Both the position numbers and the translations under genes were made by a program. Under the pieces are notes generated by a model. The model saw nothing but the letters and a program-made list of their open reading frames with translations, was not told the origin of the DNA and did no database searches. DNA of 64,000 bases, taken from Phycisphaerales bacterium (GTDB taxonomy: Bacteria > Planctomycetota > Phycisphaerae > Phycisphaerales > UBA1924). The stretch's first letter is position 1. Each line of letters begins with the position of its first letter. The stretch covers positions 256,001 through 320,000 of the forward strand of contig OZ245777.1 in NCBI GenBank assembly GCA_965227775.1, given 5' to 3'. Below are positions 57,022 through 64,000 of the stretch, piece by piece.

Positions 57022-60000
57022 ATGCCCGAACTACCCAAGCAGTACGACCCGAAAACCGCCGAGGCCAACGCCTGGCGCCGATGGGACGACGCCGACGCAT
57101 TCTCGGCCGACCCGAGGGCCGTCTTGCGCGGCGACCGCAAGCCCTACGCCGTCGTCATCCCCCCGCCAAACGTCACCGCCCGCCTGCACCTTGGCCACGC
57201 CCTGAACACCACCGTGCAGGACGCCCTGGTCCGCGCCCACCGCATGAAGGGCTTCGAGACGCTGTGGATGCCCGGCACCGACCACGCGGGCATCGCCACC
57301 CAGACGGTCGTCGAACGCCGCCTCATGGCAGAGCAGGGCAAGCGGCGGACCGACTTCGCCCGCGACGAGTTCGTCGCCCATGTCCAGGCCTTCAAGGACG
57401 ACTTCGAGGCCCAGATCACCGAGCAGTTCAAGGCCATGGGCGCCTCGTGCGACTGGGCACGCCAGCGATTCACCATGGACGAGACCTGCGCCCGCGCCGT
57501 CCGCGAGGCGTTCTTCGTGCTCTTCCGCGACGGCCTGATTTATCGGGGCAAGCGGCTCGTCAATTGGGACCCCGTCACCGGCACCGCCCTGGCCGACGAC
57601 GAGGTCGACATGGTCGAGGTCGACGGCACGTTCACCTACATGCGCTACCCCCTCGTGCACGCACCCAAGAACGAGGACGACCCCCGAGACACCGAGCCGG
57701 TGACTTGGAGCGAGCTCGCCGCCCGCGGCTACCCATCCGAGCACATCGAGGGCGAAGACGAAGAGCCCGCTTATCTCACCGTCGCCACGACGCGCCCGGA
57801 GACGTACGTCGGCGACACCGGCGTGGCGATCAATCCCAAGGACGAACGCGCCAAGGCCCTCCACGGCCTGCGCGCCCAGCTCCCCATCGTCGGCCGCGTC
57901 GTGCCGATCGTCGAGGACGACTACGTCGTACTGCCCGACCCCGAGAGCGACGATGCCAAGGCGAGGATGGCCACCGGCTTCCTCAAGGTCACACCGGCCC
58001 ACGACCCCAACGACTACGAGATCGGCCGCCGCCATCACCTGCCGATCATCAATGTCATGGCACCCGATGCCAGCATCAGCGCCGACTTCGGCTGGGCCGA
58101 GGCCGACCCCGACGGCGCCCGCGATGCGCACATATTCATGGGCAAGCCGCGCGAAGAGGCACGCAAGCTCGTGCAGCGCGAGTTCGAGGCCCGCGGCCTG
58201 CTCCAGGGCATCAAGCCCCATCGCCACAGCGTCGGACACAGCTACCGCAGCCACGCCGCCATCGAGCCCTACTTCACCGACCAGTGGTACGTCCGCGTCA
58301 CCGACGACAAGCTCCGCGGCAGCGCCCAGCGCGCCCTGCACCGCACGCAGCGCGAGAGCGAGGGCTTCAAGCCGCGCACCGGCGTCAAGAGCGACTCGAC
58401 CCTGAAGGTCTATCCGGCCCGCTACGCCAAGACCTACGAGCAGTGGCACGACAACCTGCGCGACTGGTGCATCAGCCGCCAGCTCTGGTGGGGCCATCGA
58501 ATCCCCGTGTGGAGCAAGGCCTTCGGTACGTTCACCAACTTCATCGGCGAGGAAGACAGCAAGCAGGACAAGCTCGTCAACCTCATGATGAGCCTGCGCG
58601 ACCACGATCCTTCGACTCCGATCGTCTACCGCCTCGTCAGCGCGAGCGATATGGGTGTGCCGCTGCGAGACCCCGCCGAGATCCAGGAGTGCGACGACTT
58701 GGTCTGCCTCGTGTGCGTGCGGCGGCCCGGCGCCTTCGAGACCGAAAAGTACGGCACCATCGAGTTCGAAAGCCTGCTCGAAGAAGCCGGCTTCGCGCGA
58801 GATCCAGACGTACTCGACACGTGGTTCAGCAGCGCACTCTGGCCGATCTCCACCATGGGCTGGCCCGAGCCGGCGATCGCCGGCGAAGAGTTCGACGGCT
58901 TGCTCGATGCGTTCAACCCCACGAACGTGCTCTGCACCGCGCGCGAGATCATCACGCTCTGGGTCAGCCGGATGGTGATGTTCAATCGCTACTTCCTGGT
59001 AAACCAGCAGCAAGATCAGCAGCAGGAGCCGGGCACCGGGGTCGTGCCGTTCAAGGACGTCTTCATCCATGCGATGATCCAGGACGGCCAGGGCCGCAAG
59101 ATGAGCAAGAGCCTGCGCAACGGTGTCGATCCGATGGACATCATCGACAGCCACGGCGCCGACGCCATGCGCTTCACGCTCGCGCACATGACGACACACA
59201 CCCAGGACGTGCGCATGCCAGTCGAGGCCGACCCCAAGACCGGCCGCAACACGAGCCCAAAGTTCGACATGGGTCGCAACGTGTGCAACAAGCTCTGGAA
59301 CGCCTCCCGCCTCGTGCTGGGCATCCTCGACCAGTGCGATCCACCACCGGCGAACATTGCCACCGATGACCTACGCGTGCTCGACGCCTGGATGCTCGCG
59401 CGCGTCGGCCAGGCTCTCCAGGAGGTCGACGAGGCCCTCGCCGGATACAACTTCCACGCATACGCCGAGGCGTTCTACAACCTGTTCTGGCGGGACTTCT
59501 GTGATTGGTACCTCGAGGCGATCAAGCCAACCGTGCGCGAAGATGCAAACCAGCGCGGCGTCATGCGCGTGGTCCTCGAAGCCGTCCTCCGCGTGGCCCA
59601 CCCCGTGATGCCCTTCATTACCGAGTCCATCGGCGAGCAACTCGGCCAGCACCCGTTGCCCAACCTCGACGGCCTCTCGATGGGTGATGCCCGCGCGTCG
59701 GGCGTGCTCGCGACCGCCGCGTGGCCCACGGCCGGCGAATCGATCCGCAACGCCGACGCCATCGCGCTGTTCGAACGCGCCCGCGGCCTGGTCACGGCCA
59801 TCCGCGAAGTCCGCGCCAAGCACAACGTCAAGCCCCGACGCATGGTGACGCTGCACGCACCGAGCGAGCTTGCCGGCTCGATCGCAGAAGTCGCCGGCCT
59901 CGTGCGCACGCTCGCCGAACTCGACGCCATCACGACCGACGCGGCCGAGGGCGAGGCCGCGACATTCACCTGCGACGGGTGGGAGCTGCGGCTCTCGAAC

Positions 60001-60216
60001 CTGGCCGACGAGGTCGACGCCGGCGCCGAACGCGAGAGGCTCGAACGAGAGATCGCCGAGCTCGATGGCTCGCGCAAGACGCTCGAGGGTCGCCTGAGCA
60101 ACCCTGGCTATACCGAGAAAGCGCCCGCGAAGCTCGTCGAGCAGTCGCGCGCCCAGCTCGACCGCGTGAAGCAGGACCTCGCCACCGCCCAGCAAGCGCT
60201 GGAGCGATTGAGCTGA
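57022..60216 (+). CDS. valS: Valine--tRNA ligase
   Basis: PPPNVT..LHLGHAL, PGTDHAGIATQ, TTRPET, DWCISRQLWWGHRIP, DVLDTWFSS, KMSKS, C-terminal coiled coil. Confidence 0.97.
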   Translation: MPELPKQYDPKTAEANAWRRWDDADAFSADPRAVLRGDRKPYAVVIPPPNVTARLHLGHALNTTVQDALVRAHRMKGFETLWMPGTDHAGIATQTVVERRLMAEQGKRRTDFARDEFVAHVQAFKDDFEAQITEQFKAMGASCDWARQRFTMDETCARAVREAFFVLFRDGLIYRGKRLVNWDPVTGTALADDEVDMVEVDGTFTYMRYPLVHAPKNEDDPRDTEPVTWSELAARGYPSEHIEGEDEEPAYLTVATTRPETYVGDTGVAINPKDERAKALHGLRAQLPIVGRVVPIVEDDYVVLPDPESDDAKARMATGFLKVTPAHDPNDYEIGRRHHLPIINVMAPDASISADFGWAEADPDGARDAHIFMGKPREEARKLVQREFEARGLLQGIKPHRHSVGHSYRSHAAIEPYFTDQWYVRVTDDKLRGSAQRALHRTQRESEGFKPRTGVKSDSTLKVYPARYAKTYEQWHDNLRDWCISRQLWWGHRIPVWSKAFGTFTNFIGEEDSKQDKLVNLMMSLRDHDPSTPIVYRLVSASDMGVPLRDPAEIQECDDLVCLVCVRRPGAFETEKYGTIEFESLLEEAGFARDPDVLDTWFSSALWPISTMGWPEPAIAGEEFDGLLDAFNPTNVLCTAREIITLWVSRMVMFNRYFLVNQQQDQQQEPGTGVVPFKDVFIHAMIQDGQGRKMSKSLRNGVDPMDIIDSHGADAMRFTLAHMTTHTQDVRMPVEADPKTGRNTSPKFDMGRNVCNKLWNASRLVLGILDQCDPPPANIATDDLRVLDAWMLARVGQALQEVDEALAGYNFHAYAEAFYNLFWRDFCDWYLEAIKPTVREDANQRGVMRVVLEAVLRVAHPVMPFITESIGEQLGQHPLPNLDGLSMGDARASGVLATAAWPTAGESIRNADAIALFERARGLVTAIREVRAKHNVKPRRMVTLHAPSELAGSIAEVAGLVRTLAELDAITTDAAEGEAATFTCDGWELRLSNLADEVDAGAERERLEREIAELDGSRKTLEGRLSNPGYTEKAPAKLVEQSRAQLDRVKQDLATAQQALERLS

Positions 60217-61196
60217 GGCGCGCCCTCCCGCTGTTGCTGCTTGTTGTCTCGCTGCTCGCCGGCTGCGCGAGCGATCCTGTCGGCCCCGACGGCGTGCAAC
60301 GCCGCGAGCCCTGGCCCTACATGCAGCGCCAGGGCGAGCAGATCACCACCAAAAACTACGTAATCCTCACTACCGCCCAGGATCGACCGATCGCACGTGA
60401 GCTTCCGGCATTCCTCGAGGCATCGCTCGCGCGCCACCGTACCTTCGCCGGCTCAAATCTGCGAGGCCCCGCGCTCCCGGGGCCGCCCGGCCGCATGCAG
60501 GTGTTCCTGTTCGCCGACCGGGACGAGTGGGCCGACTTCACCCGCGCGACGATCGACGCGAGCGCCGACCCATTGCTCGCCATCGAGATCGGCGGCTACG
60601 CCTCTGGCGGCCGCGCGTTCCTGTTCGCGCTCGAACCATCCCGCAACGACCTGACGCTGAAGATCGCCGCCCACGAGGGCTGGCACCAGTACGTGCAGCG
60701 AAGCTTCCGAGAACCGCTGCCGACGTGGGCCGACGAGATGATTGCTGTGATGGCCGAGGGATTCGTCGTCAACGACGCGGGCGACTACGTCTTTGAGCCC
60801 CTCGCAAACCCAGAGCGATGGTCGCAGCTGAGCTCCATCGCGCAGGCGAATCGCTGGCAGCCGCTCGAAGACCTGCTCACCGGCAATCCCACCGATCTCC
60901 TCGGCGAGAGCCCCATGCGCGCCGTGGACTACTACGCGCAGCTCTGGGCGTTGGGCCTCTACATGGCAACCGATCAGAATCGCTGGGCCGGCATCGAGCG
61001 ACTCCTCCGCGACGCCGCATACGGCAGGCTGTTCCGCGAACTTGGCAGGCCCGAAGGCGCACGCCTCGGCACGCTCGCGTTCCGTCGATATGTTGCAGGC
61101 GACATCGAGTCTTTCGACGCCGACTACCGCGCGTTCGCCAACGCACTCGTCGATGAGGCATCGGCCGACTCGCGATCGGGCTCGACACCCAAATAG
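60213..61196 (+). CDS. Lipoprotein with HExxH zinc-peptidase motif (DUF1570-like)
   Basis: Lipobox LAG|C; AHEGWHQY, PTWADE..AE, YYAQLWAL. Start uncertain: CTG 60213 proposed, TTG 60234 alternative. Confidence 0.8.
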   Translation: MRRALPLLLLVVSLLAGCASDPVGPDGVQRREPWPYMQRQGEQITTKNYVILTTAQDRPIARELPAFLEASLARHRTFAGSNLRGPALPGPPGRMQVFLFADRDEWADFTRATIDASADPLLAIEIGGYASGGRAFLFALEPSRNDLTLKIAAHEGWHQYVQRSFREPLPTWADEMIAVMAEGFVVNDAGDYVFEPLANPERWSQLSSIAQANRWQPLEDLLTGNPTDLLGESPMRAVDYYAQLWALGLYMATDQNRWAGIERLLRDAAYGRLFRELGRPEGARLGTLAFRRYVAGDIESFDADYRAFANALVDEASADSRSGSTPK

Positions 61197-63115
61197 GGCA
61201 GCACGCGCTCGACGATCCGGCGCACAGCCGGCCCCGCAACGCTCGATCCGTAGTACTGGTTCCGGCGGATCGTCTCGGGCCCGGGGTCTTCGATGCTCAC
61301 CATCACCACCACGCGCGGTCGGTCGAGTGGCGCCCCGGCCACGAAGCTCGACACGTACTGCTGCTCGAGGTAGCCCCGCGCGCCGGGCGGCCGGCGGTGC
61401 CACGCCTCCGTGCGCTCGGGGGCCACCTGGGCGGTGCCAGACTTGCCGAACATAGAGTACGAGAACGGCCCCTCGCGCCGCATCTTCTCGTCGAGCTTCT
61501 TCGCGATGTCAACCATAACGGTCCGCGTCGCCATCGCCGCTTCGGGTGAGACCGCACGACGGGCAACGAGTCCGTCTGGTCCGTCAACGTCTACCGCGGT
61601 CAACCGCAGCGCCGGCACCGTGCCCGCATCGCTGCCGTTTCGCGCAAACGCGCAATAGGCTCTTGCGACCTGCGCAACGCTCGTCGTCACCTCCTGCCCG
61701 AAGGCGATCGACACGTGCGTGTAGTCGTTCCAATTCTTGAGCGATCGCAGCGTGCCGTGCGCTTCGTCGGGCAGCCCCACGCGTGGTGGTTCGCCGATTC
61801 CGAACCGCTCGAGCGATGCCCTGAATTCGGCCGGCGTGAACTCTTGTGCCGCCGTGGCCATGCCGATGTTGGACGAGTTCACCAGCACCTCGGCCCACGT
61901 CTGCTCACCGTTGGCACGCACGTCGCTCAACCGGCGCCCGTTGATGAACGTCACGCCACCGGGCGCCGGCTCGAACACGCGATCGAGCAGTTCGGGATGA
62001 CCGTCGGTCAGCGCCGCCCACACGAACGCCTTGAACGTCGAGCCAGGTTCGTACGCGTCTTCGATCACGCGATTACGCGCGATCGCGGGATCTTGCTCGC
62101 GCAACATGTCAGGCCGGACAAATCGGAACCGCTGGAACAGATCGACCCGTCGCGGCCACTCGCTCTTGGGCACGCGCGCGTCGGCCCACGGGTATGGCAC
62201 ATTCTCGACCTCCCGCAGGAGGTCGGTCATCGCCAGCACCTCGCCCGTGGAAGGATCGAGCACGAGCACCATGCCGCCGGCGGCGTCGGCATCCTCCATC
62301 GCACGCTCGAGCTCGGCTCGAGCGATCCGCTGGATCTCCAGGTCGATCGAAAGGTGCAGCGGCGCCGCTGGCTCGGGCGCCTTCGCGTCACCGCGTGCGA
62401 TCCACAGCGGGTGCCCCTTCGCGTCGTGCGTGTACGTGATTGCGCCCGGCTCGCCCTCCAGCCGCTGGCGCATGGTGCGCTCCAACCCCTCGCTGTACTT
62501 CGGGTCGCTGCCAACTTTGCCAACGATCGACGCCGCCAGGTCGCCGCCGACGCGATCGCGGATCGCCTCGCGCTCCAGGTGGATCCCCGGCAAGCGGTTG
62601 GCTCGCACGATCGCCAGCTTGTAATCATCGAGAAACCCGCCGATGCGCACGTAGCGAATCAACGGCTTCGGCTTCTCGCCTTGCTCACCACCCGCTCGGT
62701 ATTGCTCGATGGCCCGTCGGCGATCACGGTTCGCCGCCAGCGTGGTCTGGATGCGCCGGTCGATGTCGAAATCGTCCTCGCCCGTCATCCACGCCATCGC
62801 CGCCGCGAGTTCGTCGATGCTGATGCGCTCTTCCTCGATCTCCTCGGCAATCTGCACCGGATCGAAGAACACACGGTGGACGTACCGCGAGACCGCAAGC
62901 GGCCGGCCGCGCCGGTCGAGCACGTCGGCCCGCGGCACGCTGATGGCGTGCTGACGCTCGCGAGCCTCGAGCACCGGCAGGATCTGCTTGGGAGGCATCG
63001 CCTGCAGCATCGCGACGCGCACCACGATCACCAGCAGCATCGCAGAACACCCGATGCCCAGCGCGGGCGCAACCCATCGCACGCGTGTGGCTGCCCGTTG
63101 CTCCTCAACGCCCAT
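61124..63115 (-). CDS. ftsI: Class B penicillin-binding protein (FtsI-like)
   Basis: TM, RADVLDRRG, GLE, LSIDLEIQ, EPGSTFK (SxxK), SSN (SxN), KSGTAQ. Confidence 0.9.
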   Translation of the reverse strand: MGVEEQRAATRVRWVAPALGIGCSAMLLVIVVRVAMLQAMPPKQILPVLEARERQHAISVPRADVLDRRGRPLAVSRYVHRVFFDPVQIAEEIEEERISIDELAAAMAWMTGEDDFDIDRRIQTTLAANRDRRRAIEQYRAGGEQGEKPKPLIRYVRIGGFLDDYKLAIVRANRLPGIHLEREAIRDRVGGDLAASIVGKVGSDPKYSEGLERTMRQRLEGEPGAITYTHDAKGHPLWIARGDAKAPEPAAPLHLSIDLEIQRIARAELERAMEDADAAGGMVLVLDPSTGEVLAMTDLLREVENVPYPWADARVPKSEWPRRVDLFQRFRFVRPDMLREQDPAIARNRVIEDAYEPGSTFKAFVWAALTDGHPELLDRVFEPAPGGVTFINGRRLSDVRANGEQTWAEVLVNSSNIGMATAAQEFTPAEFRASLERFGIGEPPRVGLPDEAHGTLRSLKNWNDYTHVSIAFGQEVTTSVAQVARAYCAFARNGSDAGTVPALRLTAVDVDGPDGLVARRAVSPEAAMATRTVMVDIAKKLDEKMRREGPFSYSMFGKSGTAQVAPERTEAWHRRPPGARGYLEQQYVSSFVAGAPLDRPRVVVMVSIEDPGPETIRRNQYYGSSVAGPAVRRIVERVLPYLGVEPDRESADASSTSALANAR

Positions 63116-63401
63116 ACGCGTCTTCCATTGCAAGCTCGGCGTCACCGGCGTCGGCTTCTAGCTCTGCCAGCCGCTGATGCAACTCGTCGGGGCCAACGTG
63201 CTTGGAGATGTCCGCCCGCAGCCGCTTGGAGTACTCGTCCACCTGCATCACGCGAAGCCGCAAGGACGCGAACTCGTGCGCCGCCTGCGTGCGCATCTGC
63301 CGGATGGTGAGCAATGCCCCGGAGATGCCCACGAGCGCAACGACGCAGAAGGCCAGCTTGCAGCCAAAGACGCCGTCGATCTGCACTTTTGGACGCGCCA
63401 T
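63105..63401 (-). CDS. FtsL-like bitopic coiled-coil protein
   Basis: 98 aa, one TM then a heptad coiled coil, overlapping the start of the ftsI-like gene (the canonical ftsL position). Confidence 0.6.
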   Translation of the reverse strand: MARPKVQIDGVFGCKLAFCVVALVGISGALLTIRQMRTQAAHEFASLRLRVMQVDEYSKRLRADISKHVGPDELHQRLAELEADAGDAELAMEDAYGR

Positions 63402-63404
63402 CGG

Positions 63405-64000
63405 TCAGGAACTCGGCAGCTTCAGCACCATGCCCGCTCGCAGGTTATCGGGGTCTCGCAGCACATCGCGGTTGAGCGCGATCAGCTCGTGCTGGCGACG
63501 CACCGTGCCGAGCACGTCCTGAGCGATCTCGCCCAGCGTATCGCCGGACTTCACTGTGTACGTCAGCGGCCCCTTGGGCGCGGGCGTGGCCTCACGAGCT
63601 TCGGCGACGCGCACCGGCACCGGCTGGCCGCCCGGCGTCGGATCGAAGATCCGCAGCGTCACACCCTGCCGCACGGAGCCGTTCTCACCCACGCGGCCAA
63701 CGTTGTCCTTCGCGATGCGACGCCACGCGTTGCCATCGCCGTAGTACTTCTCGGCAATCTTGTAGAGCGACTCGTTCGGCTGCACATGGTGCTGAATGAC
63801 AACCGGCTCGGTCGAGACCTCTCGCGACACCTGGCGGCCGCTCTCGTCACCCATGGAGGCCATGCCGTTGGGCTTGGAGATCTGTGCCAGATTCGTCAGC
63901 CGGCGCACGCCGTCGGCCACAGCCTCGGCGCCTTCGGCGACCGAGTCGCCCACCACGTCCAGCACGCTCCGCCCGCGCTCCGTCTCTTCGGGTACGAACG
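63405..64000 (-). CDS. LysM peptidoglycan-binding protein (two LysM domains), 5' end beyond the window
   Basis: HHVQPNESLYKIAEKYYG and YTVKSGDTLGEIAQ...LRAGMVLKLP; the frame stays open to the window edge. Confidence 0.9.
   Translation of the reverse strand, partial: FVPEETERGRSVLDVVGDSVAEGAEAVADGVRRLTNLAQISKPNGMASMGDESGRQVSREVSTEPVVIQHHVQPNESLYKIAEKYYGDGNAWRRIAKDNVGRVGENGSVRQGVTLRIFDPTPGGQPVPVRVAEAREATPAPKGPLTYTVKSGDTLGEIAQDVLGTVRRQHELIALNRDVLRDPDNLRAGMVLKLPSS

Noticed and set aside
56772..59369. 865-aa Arg/Pro-rich ORF on the same strand as valS
   Set aside because: Alternative frame of valS with the typical off-frame composition.

Overview
GC-rich bacterial chromosome segment, most consistent with a Phycisphaerales planctomycete. 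That is an inference from the C-terminal 'GC'-type dockerin proteins, Ala(-1) prepilins, the HTH-REC regulator, a short Rho and the Gyr[12 protein letters not shown] motif. About 52 CDS are supportable. In order: a T2SS/type IV pilus cluster (TPR lipoprotein, unusually extended secretin, small TM protein, three prepilins); a HEAT-repeat protein; housekeeping genes (ygfZ-like, ribD, rnhB, ispG, msrC-like GAF, orphan rpsR, gdhA); an accessory-looking block (two dockerin-tagged secreted proteins, a dockerin remnant, an Mre11/SbcD + YhaN-type SMC pair); a LysW-dependent lysine operon (lysWXYZK); pdxJ, rho, ptsI, rne, dxr; two tandem giant pseudopilin-like paralogs; gyrA, STAS, valS; and a LysM-ftsL-like-ftsI cluster cut by the right edge. 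The best unexplained signal is an unannotated 27-codon Lys-rich leader peptide with a terminator/antiterminator pair directly upstream of lysW, a candidate ribosome-mediated lysine attenuator. Other leads are a secretin with a duplicated N0 domain at its C-terminus, an S6:S18-leader-like RNA fold before a Cys-free rpsR, and a probable CTG start codon coupled to valS. I recognised no tRNA, rRNA, CRISPR array or transposase. All family calls come from motifs read by eye; no database searches were run.
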